This document shows, one piece after another, positions 8,086 to 16,963 of a stretch of 52,798 nt of DNA (position 1 is the stretch's first letter; the number at the start of each line of letters is the position of its first letter). Origin of the DNA: a virus (taxonomy: Duplodnaviria; Caudoviricetes); IMG/VR virus record IMGVR_UViG_3300009182_000084, positions 1 through 52,798 of that record. One strand, 5' to 3'. The notes below the pieces were generated by a model. It was not told the DNA's origin. It saw nothing but the letters and a program-made list of their open reading frames with translations, and searched no databases. The position numbers and the translations under genes are program-made.

Positions 8086-8571
8086 TTAGCTTAACTTTCG
8101 GTAATTCCATGCCGATTTTTTGTTAGCAGACTCAGAAAGCTTACGAGAGGCTTTTACGGTATCCGAATCTGGAATAAGTTTGGGGTTCTTTTGCAACTTT
8201 AGGTGCAGTTTCTCTTCTTGGCGAGTCATTGGGCGCATTCCGCCATTAATGCCCGAGGTTGTCATTCGCTGCGGGGGCGTTTCACGGTTAAATTTTTCAC
8301 CAGTGTATTCAGGTGTGCAGAGTTGACAATAGGCTGGTTGCTTACCCATATAGAAAATCATCTTGGTTTTGTCTGCATTAGGCACACCTTGCACACGTAC
8401 GTTGAACAAGTGGCCGAGTTTGGCAGCGTTAACCTGCTGCTCAAGAGCGGCTTCGCTTACTAGCTTCTGTCCGTAGCTGCGGTTGCTGTAATTCTCAATG
8501 TGTACGACCTCGTCCTTCCACTTGTGGAGTTTATCGTGGTCGAAACCTGGAACTGTAATTTTTCTTGCCAT
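8086..8571 (-). CDS. hypothetical protein, probably leaderless
   Basis: 161 aa; TAAAAT-N6-ATG. Confidence 0.7.
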   Translation of the reverse strand: MARKITVPGFDHDKLHKWKDEVVHIENYSNRSYGQKLVSEAALEQQVNAAKLGHLFNVRVQGVPNADKTKMIFYMGKQPAYCQLCTPEYTGEKFNRETPPQRMTTSGINGGMRPMTRQEEKLHLKLQKNPKLIPDSDTVKASRKLSESANKKSAWNYRKLS

Positions 8572-8636
8572 AGAGCTATTTTAGGGCTACTGTGTCGATA
8601 ATGTAGGCTCAACCGTGTATTTCACCTGGCCGTATT

Positions 8637-9050
8637 GTTATACAAATGTGACTTAACCCTACCCCCTCGATTGTTATACATTTGTAACGTTACGCACCCG
8701 TTACATTGGGGATTTCTCGGTCTGATAGTCTGATTGAGCGTCAGCAACACCCAGAACCGAGTATAACAATCAGGTAACGCTCGGGGTGTGAAACCAAGTG
8801 TAACACTTGTGTAACATCTCCGTTATCTCTTTGTTATACGCGATAGGTGTCGGCTGTTACACAATAGTTATCAACAATGTATAACAAGTGTGTAACTAGC
8901 GTATTTCAGAAGGCTAACGACCTATGCGTTGGGTCGCCAGATAACATTTAGGTTACAGTGTATAACGAGTGTATAACACTGCTAGGTTTCGTCGCCTAGT
9001 CTGGCACGCATACTCACCAGAGATGCCGTTATGTATAACAAATACGTAAC
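8637..9050. repeat. array of about 11 RTAAC-N6-RTAAC (or reverse/mixed) boxes in the divergent intergenic region
   Basis: Pairs starting at 8637, 8673, 8689, 8763, 8800, 8822, 8856, 8881, 8941, 8962, 9035, each with 6-nt spacer. Confidence 0.85.
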
Positions 9051-9084
9051 GCTAATCGCCAATACTATCTCGAAAGGATAACAA

Positions 9085-9666
9085 ATGGCACGCAACAACA
9101 AGTTACAGACAACCTTCATCAAGGCAAACCGCAAGGATGTTGCCGAAGACCCTGCCGTCAAGGCACTTCGGAAGCAGTTGGCGGATGCGGAAGCAAAGGC
9201 GGCTAAAGCCGTCAGCGCCGAAGTTGACGCAATCCTGATTGGCGACAACAAGCCAACGGCAAACCTTCAGGTTGACGCCTCGTACCTCAAGGTGGCAATC
9301 GAAGGCGCAAAGGCGCTTTGCGCTTCTTGGAGAGTCGTCGAAGACAATGCCGAAAGCCGCAAGGCGTTCGAGAACCGCAAGGCTCGTCGCATCGCCGCTT
9401 ACAACAAGATTGTTGATGAGCAGGGGCAGGCAGAAGCAGACAAGAAGTTCGTCGGGGGTAACCCTGCTGTGGTTGACCAGTTCAACCGCTTCATTGGAGC
9501 AAGCGCTAAGTACGCTTACGAACAAGCCGTTGAAGAAGGCGTAAGCCAGAAGCAGGCATTCTTGGCTGTAATGGCAAAGTACCGCTTCTACCAGCAGACG
9601 CTGGGGTTCAACGAAGCACAACTTGACTCGCTCATTGAGCAAGCCAAGACACTCGTCACAGCGTAA
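9085..9666 (+). CDS. hypothetical helical protein, first gene of the rightward block
   Basis: 193 aa, GAAAGGA SD, strongly biased codon usage. Confidence 0.85.
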   Translation: MARNNKLQTTFIKANRKDVAEDPAVKALRKQLADAEAKAAKAVSAEVDAILIGDNKPTANLQVDASYLKVAIEGAKALCASWRVVEDNAESRKAFENRKARRIAAYNKIVDEQGQAEADKKFVGGNPAVVDQFNRFIGASAKYAYEQAVEEGVSQKQAFLAVMAKYRFYQQTLGFNEAQLDSLIEQAKTLVTA

Positions 9667-9772
9667 CCCAACACGCTACAAGTAGTTTCGGCTACTGCGA
9701 CACAAAGCGGGGGGTTGAGCAAGTCTATCCCCAGACTAGCAAGACCCCCCGTCGCCTGTTATCAGGTACAAA

Positions 9773-9833
9773 GCACTTCTAGTGCCATCGTGTCACAAGC
9801 AAGTCTTGTGGCACTTTGGGGTAAGAAATGCCC
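9773..9833 (+). repeat. triple-hairpin intergenic element, copy 1
   Basis: GCAC-TTCTA-GTGC; GTGTCACAAG-CAAGT-CTTGTGGCAC; GGGT...GCCC. Confidence 0.8.
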
Positions 9834-9892
9834 TGTGTAGACGCTTACACACTAAAAGAACAAGGGGAGCGTTAACCCCGAAAGGAGAAACA

Positions 9893-10021
9893 ATGGCTAC
9901 TAAGCCAAAGAAGCCACACAAGCAGGTCAAGAACGCTGCTCGTGGCACTAAGTCTCAAAAGGCTAACAAGAAGAAGCCTCTGGTCTTTGACCGAGAACTT
10001 CGCAAACTTGTAAGAGCCTAA
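9893..10021 (+). CDS. 42-aa Lys-rich microprotein
   Basis: GAAAGGAG SD then ATG at 9893: MATKPKKPHK...KKKPLVFDRELRKLVRA. Confidence 0.8.
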   Translation: MATKPKKPHKQVKNAARGTKSQKANKKKPLVFDRELRKLVRA

Positions 10022-10081
10022 GCACTTCTAGTGCTGTTGTGTCATAGTTGAAAGCCTATGACACTTCAGGGTTAGAAGCCC
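10022..10081 (+). repeat. triple-hairpin intergenic element, copy 2
   Basis: GCAC-TTCTA-GTGC; GTGTCATAG...CTATGACAC; GGGTT...AGCCC; then AGAAAGGAAGTGTGCT-ATG. Confidence 0.8.
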
Positions 10082-10097
10082 AGAAAGGAAGTGTGCT

Positions 10098-10298
10098 ATG
10101 ACAAAGCGTCAAACCGCTAACGCAAAGCGGAAAGAAGCCAAGTATGGTTTCAATGGACCTCGTTCTTTCCAGCACTGGAGTTGGGAAGACAAGGTGTGGG
10201 TGAAGTGGACTACGAAAGAAGAATCCGACTTTGCTCGTGCTGTACAAGAGTACGACACAGTGGTAGAACTGTGGGCTTTAGGTGGCATCGTAATCTAA
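10098..10298 (+). CDS. hypothetical protein
   Basis: 66 aa, AGAAAGGA SD. Confidence 0.75.
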   Translation: MTKRQTANAKRKEAKYGFNGPRSFQHWSWEDKVWVKWTTKEESDFARAVQEYDTVVELWALGGIVI

Positions 10299-10299
10299 G

Positions 10300-10358
10300 G
10301 CATTTCTAGTGCTGTTTGGTTATAAGCAAGTCTTATAACCATTCAGGGTTAAAAACCC
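10300..10358 (+). repeat. triple-hairpin intergenic element, copy 3
   Basis: GCAT-TTCTA-GTGC; TGGTTATAAG-CAAGT-CTTATAACCA; GGGTT...AACCC; then AGAAAGGAAGTGTGCT-ATG. Confidence 0.8.
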
Positions 10359-10380
10359 AAAGAGAGAAAGGAAGTGTGCT

Positions 10381-10653
10381 ATGTGTAAGCACAAAGAAGT
10401 AATGACGACAGCCCGTAACGCTGTCGTATCGCTAAGAGCAAGTCTAGGCAACTTGCTTGTGGAGAACCACACACTTAACGAAGAGATTTCTCGTCTAGAG
10501 AACTTCTACGACTCTGACAGGCTCATAGATGAAGAGTGGAGAGAGTGTCGTTTCTGTATACACGAAGTGTTCTATGACGACCTTGAGAACGCTCTTTACT
10601 TTGATGAGTGGAAAGAAGGGCTCTTCAAAGAGTCTCTCACTTGGGGTAAGTAA
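10381..10653 (+). CDS. hypothetical protein
   Basis: 90 aa, AGAAAGGA SD. Confidence 0.75.
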   Translation: MCKHKEVMTTARNAVVSLRASLGNLLVENHTLNEEISRLENFYDSDRLIDEEWRECRFCIHEVFYDDLENALYFDEWKEGLFKESLTWGK

Positions 10654-10811
10654 TCCCCTAGCCCGTAACAGGGTGAGAGCATAATGGGATAGTTGTTAGC
10701 GTTGCTATCTTGTTATGTTCTCTCTCTGTTATAGAGAAACCCCTTATGTGTTGTTACATAGGGGGAAACCCCCTAAGACCCCCAAATACAGGGGCGTTAG
10801 AAAGGTAAGTT

Positions 10812-11063
10812 ATGAAAATACAAGTAAATACCCTTACTGATACTGAGCGTGCTATTTACAATGCGGGTAGGCGTTCTGAACGCAATCGTATAGTAAAGAT
10901 GATTGTCTCAAGAGCACAAGGTTCTGTGATAGATGATTGTGATGAAGGTTCTCACCTAACCTTTGCGTCTGTTATGTCTGACTATTGGCACAATGGAAGG
11001 ATGTGCCTATGTGAATTCAGGAAACTTATAGGAGTAACTAAAACAATGAAAGGTAAGAAATGA
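10812..11063 (+). CDS. hypothetical protein
   Basis: 83 aa, AGAAAGG SD. Confidence 0.7.
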   Translation: MKIQVNTLTDTERAIYNAGRRSERNRIVKMIVSRAQGSVIDDCDEGSHLTFASVMSDYWHNGRMCLCEFRKLIGVTKTMKGKK

Positions 11064-11374
11064 CTAAATACAAACCACGATATTTCTTTGGTCCAAGAAA
11101 CAAATCGTATGATGATTTATTTCTTGAACTAACTATGAAACAAAGTATGGAAGGTAGTCTATGGTGGCATGCCCAAGACATAGCCGAAGAGTTGATGGCT
11201 CTCAAACTACCTCGCAAACAACAGCGTAAGCACCCATTGTTTAAACAGTTTCTAAAGGTTAGGCGATTGTCTAAACGATACAGAATGACTCATACTGAAC
11301 ACCAATACTATGAGTCAGAAAGCATTCGCCGTATGATTAGGGCGTCTATTCAATTCGCAAAGGAGAATAACTAA
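11060..11374 (+). CDS. hypothetical protein
   Basis: 104 aa, ATGA overlap. Confidence 0.7.
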   Translation: MTKYKPRYFFGPRNKSYDDLFLELTMKQSMEGSLWWHAQDIAEELMALKLPRKQQRKHPLFKQFLKVRRLSKRYRMTHTEHQYYESESIRRMIRASIQFAKENN

Positions 11375-11523
11375 TGGACTATCTCAAGTGGTTGTTATAC
11401 AAACGATTTGTGTATGCTTACAAAGCAAAGCACATGCCACCACACATGAAAACACGAAGTGTTCTTGTGTATCTATCTAAACACTACATCAAACCTATTC
11501 GAATAGAGATGACTAATGATTGA
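11374..11523 (+). CDS. 49-aa hypothetical protein
   Basis: Hand translation MDYLKWLLYKRF...; AAGGAG SD, TAATG coupling. Confidence 0.55.
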   Translation: MDYLKWLLYKRFVYAYKAKHMPPHMKTRSVLVYLSKHYIKPIRIEMTND

Positions 11524-11713
11524 GTTACTTATGGCTATGGTTGTTGCTTCTGTAGAAGAACAACAAGAACAAGAACAACGACAGCAACGAATCAAGGAAC
11601 GCATACAACGACAAGTGTTTGAGCATTACTATGGCAAACATTACACAGAAAAACAATACAGCGTGTATGTATCACAGATTTCTGTAAGCAACGGGCTTAC
11701 AGATTGTAAATAA
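11516..11713 (+). CDS. hypothetical protein
   Basis: 65 aa ORF in operon. Confidence 0.6.
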   Translation: MIELLMAMVVASVEEQQEQEQRQQRIKERIQRQVFEHYYGKHYTEKQYSVYVSQISVSNGLTDCK

Positions 11714-11723
11714 GGAGAAACAA

Positions 11724-12209
11724 ATGGCACAACAAGTAGTAGTAGCAGTTCTAAAGAAGCAGATTCTAGCCAAGCAGGCAGCCCTCATTGCCGCTCGTAC
11801 TAAGCGAGATGAGATGTCTAAGAAGCGTGAAGATGACGCAAAGAAAGTTCACGACGAATACGAAGCAGCACTTAAGAAGTGGGAAGCAGATGTACTTGCG
11901 ATTGCTATCAAGACTAAGTTGACTAAGGACAACAGTTGCGTAAGCAACCGTGGTTACGGCGAGCGTGAAGTTTGTATTGCTGAGATTACTATCCCAGCGG
12001 CTAAGTTGCCTAAGCGTCCAGAGCGCAAGGCACTTAACTGGGACGAGTATCACGTAGACATTCCTGTCTACTATGACTCATACCACCACGACATTGCTCC
12101 ACAGGCTGTGTTAGCACACTGGGCTAGGGCACTAGAAATGATTGAAGTGTTGCCTGCTGGTACAACCGAAGTAGCAGTCAAAGACTTCAACTTCCTAACC
12201 AAGTTCTAA
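11724..12209 (+). CDS. hypothetical protein
   Basis: 161 aa, AAGGAG SD. Confidence 0.8.
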   Translation: MAQQVVVAVLKKQILAKQAALIAARTKRDEMSKKREDDAKKVHDEYEAALKKWEADVLAIAIKTKLTKDNSCVSNRGYGEREVCIAEITIPAAKLPKRPERKALNWDEYHVDIPVYYDSYHHDIAPQAVLAHWARALEMIEVLPAGTTEVAVKDFNFLTKF

Positions 12210-12224
12210 TTCTGTAAGCAAGTT

Positions 12225-12251
12225 AGAGCAGGGACTAAACATCCCTGCTCT
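12225..12251 (+). terminator. terminator-like hairpin
   Basis: AGAGCAGGGA-CTAAACA-TCCCTGCTCT followed by TTCTT. Confidence 0.65.
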
Positions 12252-12299
12252 TTCTTGTCTACATAATTCCATGTAGGCAATGTAAACAAGGAGTAACAC

Positions 12300-12536
12300 A
12301 TGACTAACAACCAAGTAATCATTGCTGCCTACAAGGTAGTGTTGAAAGACTTCAAGGCAGATGCTGAGAACTATATGTCAGTAGTTGCTGACGCAGTTCT
12401 TAGTGCTTTGAACATGCGTATTGATGAGTTGGAAACTATCTGGCAAGACGAACCACTTGAAGATGTAACCGATGAAGATATGGAAGCACACATCGTTGAA
12501 CTTGCTAACGATGTTGAACCATTACAAGGAGAATAA
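12300..12536 (+). CDS. acidic hypothetical protein
   Basis: 78 aa, AAGGAG SD. Confidence 0.75.
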   Translation: MTNNQVIIAAYKVVLKDFKADAENYMSVVADAVLSALNMRIDELETIWQDEPLEDVTDEDMEAHIVELANDVEPLQGE

Positions 12537-12538
12537 CA

Positions 12539-12826
12539 ATGGATGAAATCAATCCAATCACAAAGTTTGTAGAGATGGTAATGTCAGGCAAACTTAAGGT
12601 AGAAGATTCTGTAGACATAACTCTACGAGAATCAATGGTGCGTGAGTTGTTTGATAAGATAGCGTCTAGTCTTACAGAACTTGAGACTACAGACACATCA
12701 AACTTAGTAGGTGAAGAGAAAGAATTCTACGCTAAGAACTTAGAACTATACACCGATATGTATAACATCTTTCAGGAAGCAGACGCACTGTTTGCTGAAG
12801 ATTATGAAACAGAAGGAGATGAATAA
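12539..12826 (+). CDS. acidic hypothetical protein
   Basis: 95 aa, AAGGAG SD. Confidence 0.75.
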   Translation: MDEINPITKFVEMVMSGKLKVEDSVDITLRESMVRELFDKIASSLTELETTDTSNLVGEEKEFYAKNLELYTDMYNIFQEADALFAEDYETEGDE

Positions 12827-12828
12827 CA

Positions 12829-13035
12829 ATGGGTAACTTCCTAGTTGGTGAGTTGCTTGAACAACAAGCAGGGTTAGTTCAACGCAAATGGCGTTGGATT
12901 AACTTTATCAATCTATCCAGAAAGTCTGGTGGAACGGTGTCGCAAGACACACTTAATGAGTTAGCAAAGACTGAGCGTATGTTGCTTGAGACTGCTAAGC
13001 GCATTGAGCACGCAAAGAAATACATTAGAGGATAA
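12829..13035 (+). CDS. hypothetical protein
   Basis: 68 aa, AAGGAG SD. Confidence 0.7.
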   Translation: MGNFLVGELLEQQAGLVQRKWRWINFINLSRKSGGTVSQDTLNELAKTERMLLETAKRIEHAKKYIRG

Positions 13036-13046
13036 GAAAGGACTCT

Positions 13047-13661
13047 ATGTTTACAATTACAAAAGCACATTCAGATACTATACAACATACAGTTGACAAT
13101 GAACCAACTGATAATTTGTATTTATGGTCAAGACAATCTCGTGGTTATTATGACTACACTATGTATCTCAAAGCAGGTGTTCCATACACTTCACCTAAAA
13201 CTATGTTTGATGCTGAGGGAAACATTGATTACAATACCAAAGAGATAGTTACTTTTGACCAAGATGTTTATCTGATGAAGAAAACATATGACAAAATGCT
13301 GGGTGATGACAGGCAGGTAGGGTATGAGTGTAGATACTTTACCAAATCAGATACTGACATCATGAAGTTGATTACTCTTTATGAAGCACCTAGTAAACAA
13401 ACTCTACGTTTTGAGCCACTTGAAGAAGAACCATTTCTTCGTGCTAGGATACTTGGTACGTATGTTGAAGAGACTAGAAATACTTCTAAGCGTAACTCCC
13501 ATACACTTTATGACTACCCTACCACACTAGATTTCTACGAAGAATGTGATGAACTTGGCACGCTCTTTGCAGAATTGTATGATGTAGGTCTTGACTACAA
13601 CAAGTCTTGGCTGGTTAACAACCCATCATACCAACGTCCACGACACTGGACTAAGCAGTAA
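13047..13661 (+). CDS. hypothetical protein
   Basis: 204 aa, AGAAAGGA SD. Confidence 0.8.
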   Translation: MFTITKAHSDTIQHTVDNEPTDNLYLWSRQSRGYYDYTMYLKAGVPYTSPKTMFDAEGNIDYNTKEIVTFDQDVYLMKKTYDKMLGDDRQVGYECRYFTKSDTDIMKLITLYEAPSKQTLRFEPLEEEPFLRARILGTYVEETRNTSKRNSHTLYDYPTTLDFYEECDELGTLFAELYDVGLDYNKSWLVNNPSYQRPRHWTKQ

Positions 13662-13685
13662 CACCCAACAAAGAAAGAGAGATAT

Positions 13686-15032
13686 ATGTACGCAGTGATT
13701 ATGAAATCAAGCACTCCTATTGGTGTGCGTTCGACAGTCATCATACCTAATGGTGAAGATGACCCACGAATCTTCTCCCGTATTGGAGAAGGTCGTGGTC
13801 GAGCGTTCCCTTGGGAAGAAGGCATCGTAGATATGAAGGAGACTGAACAGGTAATCGGTGAGCCGATTGCCAAACAGATTACTCCATCTGACTACGCTGC
13901 CTTAGCCAATGGTGGCAAGCCAACAGTGTTGCTTGCTAAGTTGGCACAGGCTATGGCTGATGCTGTTGGGGTAACCAACCCTGACCCAGCAACAGCAGTG
14001 TTCGATGACATCTACAACGATGCTTCTGAAGACCCTGCCAACCTAGCAACTTACCTTGAGAAAGTAGTTGCTAACCCTGTAACACCAGCAGTAATTACAG
14101 CACCACAGCCAGTGGTGTACATACCAGAGCAAGAGATTGCTCTACCTAATGTAACCCCAACAGAAAGTGAGACTCCTATGGAGTACGGAACACCTATCCG
14201 CCCAGCATCAAGCGACTTAGCAGTGCTTGAGATTCCTGACAAGGAAGATTACTACGAGCGTTCTTGGTTCGGTCTTACCGAGACTGACCTGTATGACTAC
14301 GCTAGCAAGTTCAGCAAGGCAGTGCTTATTACTGGTCCTGCTGGTACAGGCAAGTCATCAAGTGCTCGTAACTATGCTGCCAAGCGCAACCTGCCATTCG
14401 TTACCATCGAATGTACTCAGCAGATTGACCAGTCAGTTACTCAAGGTCGCTTCGTTCCAACTGGTGTAGGCAACAGCCTGCGTTGGAAATACAGCCAGTT
14501 GGCTACCGCAATCCAGCAGCCGTCAGTCATTCTGCTCAACGAGATGTCTCGTATGAGTGGTAAGTCTGCTGTGCTATTCTTGCGTCTCCTACAAGAGCGT
14601 GAGTTGATTGTAGATGTACACAATGAGGTCATTAAGGTTCACCCACAATGTATCATCATTGCTGACCAGAACGTAGGCTCTGCTTACACTGGTGCTAGCA
14701 AGCAGGATGCTGCGCTGGTTGACCGCTACGCAGTCAAGATGGAGTTTGACTACGACACCAAGATTGAGAAAAACTTCATCAAGTCACCTGCGTTGCTCAA
14801 GTTTGCTAGCGACATTCGTGATGCGTCTCGAGTGACTGATGACTTCTCGGTGCCAATGTCAACTCGTGTGCTGATTGAGTTCCAGCACAAGTTGTCCAAC
14901 CTCAAGAACTGGGACTTCGCACTCTACGATTTCCTCAACAACTTCCCTTCAGAAGAAGGAGAGCGTGAGGCTATCAAGATGCGTCTTGAGGCTGAGGCTG
15001 ACACTATCAAGTCTGAGTATGGTATCAACTAA
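13686..15032 (+). CDS. MoxR/CbbQ/CobS-like AAA+ ATPase
   Basis: Walker A GPAGTGKS, Walker B variant ILLNE, DAALVDR arginine-finger region, STR sensor. Confidence 0.88.
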   Translation: MYAVIMKSSTPIGVRSTVIIPNGEDDPRIFSRIGEGRGRAFPWEEGIVDMKETEQVIGEPIAKQITPSDYAALANGGKPTVLLAKLAQAMADAVGVTNPDPATAVFDDIYNDASEDPANLATYLEKVVANPVTPAVITAPQPVVYIPEQEIALPNVTPTESETPMEYGTPIRPASSDLAVLEIPDKEDYYERSWFGLTETDLYDYASKFSKAVLITGPAGTGKSSSARNYAAKRNLPFVTIECTQQIDQSVTQGRFVPTGVGNSLRWKYSQLATAIQQPSVILLNEMSRMSGKSAVLFLRLLQERELIVDVHNEVIKVHPQCIIIADQNVGSAYTGASKQDAALVDRYAVKMEFDYDTKIEKNFIKSPALLKFASDIRDASRVTDDFSVPMSTRVLIEFQHKLSNLKNWDFALYDFLNNFPSEEGEREAIKMRLEAEADTIKSEYGIN

Positions 15033-15045
15033 TACTCATCTAAAC

Positions 15046-15071
15046 AGGGGGAGGGCAATCGCTCTCCCCCT
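15046..15071 (+). terminator. GC-rich hairpin between AAA and vWA genes
   Basis: AGGGGGAGGGC-AATC-GCTCTCCCCCT followed by TTAT. Confidence 0.6.
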
Positions 15072-15092
15072 TTATGTTATGAAAGGAATACA

Positions 15093-16952
15093 ATGACAAG
15101 TATCGGTACACTTACTGGTCAAGTAGAGGCGTATAACAATGCGCCTGTTGATGACCGTATGGCTCGTGTTGCTCAGGTTATGTCTAAGTTTGCCAGCACA
15201 CTAGTGCTCAAACCTATTGGCGTTGAGTTAGAAAAGAGTGGTCCAGCAGCAGCGTGGTCAGACTCCGACACTATCTGGTTCAACACCAGCGAAGTCATGG
15301 TGCCTACTACACCTGAAGATGTCATCGCTGTTCGTGGTCTTGCTCTTCACGAGATTAGCCACATCATGATGACACCTAGCGTTGGCACTAAACTAGGTAA
15401 GCGTGTTATGGCTGCTAGGTTGTGGCGTGCGTTCAACTGTCTTGAGGACCAGCGCATTGAGACTTGGATGGTATCTAGGTTCAGCAATGTATCCTCTTGG
15501 CTACAAGGTACTGTGTCCTCATTCTTGCTCAAAGAGATTGAGAACTACAGCGTTATGTTCCCGCTCATTCATGGTCGCAAGTATCTACCGCTTGCTCTTC
15601 GTAACAAGATTCAATCTATGTATGAAGACCAAGTAAATGTGTCTGCTATTAGTGCGTTGATTGATGAGTATGTTCAACTCAATGTTATGGACTCTAGGTC
15701 ATACGACAGAGCGTTTGAGATTGTGGAAGAGTATAGTCGCCTAGTCAATCTAGGTCTTGACCGTGCTAGCATTGGTCACCCTTGGATGCGACAAGATGGT
15801 TGGGGTCGTGTTCCTGACCCTAATGGTCACGGCAAGGGTAGACCTGATGAGTATGGTCAGAAGCCTATGACTGGTAAGCAGGCTAACCCCATCATTGTTA
15901 AGGTTCAGCAGGCTATTGCTAAGGACAAGGCACAAGGTGTTGGTAATGGTGAAATTGAGCAATCAACACCACAGCAACAGCCTAGTGAGTCACAGCCTCA
16001 GCGTGAAGCCAATGACCTTAAGGAAGATGTGCCACAAGTCAAGCACATACCACCTGTGTCTAATGGTGCTAGCGAGTTGGAAGGTATCATTGCTTCCGTA
16101 CTTGACCGAGTCAAGGAGGATATGCAGGTAGAGATTGATAAGAACCTGCGACAGTTTAGCGGTGAACTAGAACTCAATAGCAAGCGATTGCCTGACCCAC
16201 CTAAAACTCGTAGTCATTGGTGGGGTAGTGCTGACTTTGCGCCATCAATTGAGGTTGTTCAATCTAGCAAGTCGTTTGCTAATGAGTTGAAGAAACTCAA
16301 GTCAGACAACGAGCCTGGTTGGTTGCGTAAGACTGAGGCAGGCAAACTCAATGTTGCTAGGTACGGCACTGGTTGTGAGACTGACGAAGCCTTTGACCTA
16401 TGGGACTTGGGTCGTGAGGATGCGGTAGACATTGAGTGCGTTATCTTGCTAGACAACTCTGGTTCTATGGGTAATAGGATTCAAGAAGCGTACGAAGCAA
16501 TGTGGGCTATCAAGCGTAGCATGGACAAGGTTGGTGCTTCTACCACTGTCGTTGCGTTTAGCGATACTGATAGAACCATCTACTCAGCCAAGGATAGGGC
16601 AGGTAAGGTTGTGCCACACATTGGTCTAGGTGGTGGCACTATGCCATTCAACTCTCTTCGCTATGCTCGGTCTGTGTTTGCCAATAGCACTCGTGCTATC
16701 AAGATTCTTATACCTATCACCGATGGTGCGTGGGCACAGTCAGAAGAATCTAACCGCGTCATTCGTCAGTTGCGTAGTGCTGGTGTAGTTACCGCACTAG
16801 GTATGATTGATGCTAACAAAGATAACAATGGCAAGTATGTTATTGATGCCCATGGTTGTGAGGTAGCAGTTGCTATTGATGACATTCGTAACCTGTTCCA
16901 TCTAGCCAAGGCTGTAGTCAGGGTTGGCATTGACCGCAACCTTAACAAGTAA
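15093..16952 (+). CDS. vWA-domain protein with N-terminal HExxH metallopeptidase-like domain (CobT-like)
   Basis: LALHEISH and FNCLEDQRIE; MIDAS LLDNSGSM, GGT, ITDG. Confidence 0.88.
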   Translation: MTSIGTLTGQVEAYNNAPVDDRMARVAQVMSKFASTLVLKPIGVELEKSGPAAAWSDSDTIWFNTSEVMVPTTPEDVIAVRGLALHEISHIMMTPSVGTKLGKRVMAARLWRAFNCLEDQRIETWMVSRFSNVSSWLQGTVSSFLLKEIENYSVMFPLIHGRKYLPLALRNKIQSMYEDQVNVSAISALIDEYVQLNVMDSRSYDRAFEIVEEYSRLVNLGLDRASIGHPWMRQDGWGRVPDPNGHGKGRPDEYGQKPMTGKQANPIIVKVQQAIAKDKAQGVGNGEIEQSTPQQQPSESQPQREANDLKEDVPQVKHIPPVSNGASELEGIIASVLDRVKEDMQVEIDKNLRQFSGELELNSKRLPDPPKTRSHWWGSADFAPSIEVVQSSKSFANELKKLKSDNEPGWLRKTEAGKLNVARYGTGCETDEAFDLWDLGREDAVDIECVILLDNSGSMGNRIQEAYEAMWAIKRSMDKVGASTTVVAFSDTDRTIYSAKDRAGKVVPHIGLGGGTMPFNSLRYARSVFANSTRAIKILIPITDGAWAQSEESNRVIRQLRSAGVVTALGMIDANKDNNGKYVIDAHGCEVAVAIDDIRNLFHLAKAVVRVGIDRNLNK

Positions 16953-16963
16953 AGGAGAAATAA

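Noticed and set aside
8637-9050. DnaA-box cluster
   Set aside because: No perfect TTATCCACA; the pattern is better explained by pentamer pairs with 6-nt spacing
9103-9642. 179-aa minus-strand ORF
   Set aside because: Antisense shadow of the codon-biased plus-strand gene with a clear SD
9773-10380. CRISPR array or hammerhead ribozyme
   Set aside because: Repeats vary in sequence, the intervals are ORFs of 130-200 nt, and no CTGANGA/GAAA core is properly placed
13686-16952. Cobaltochelatase CobS/CobT for B12 synthesis
   Set aside because: No CobN or other cobalamin genes; generic MoxR-vWA pair is the safer call
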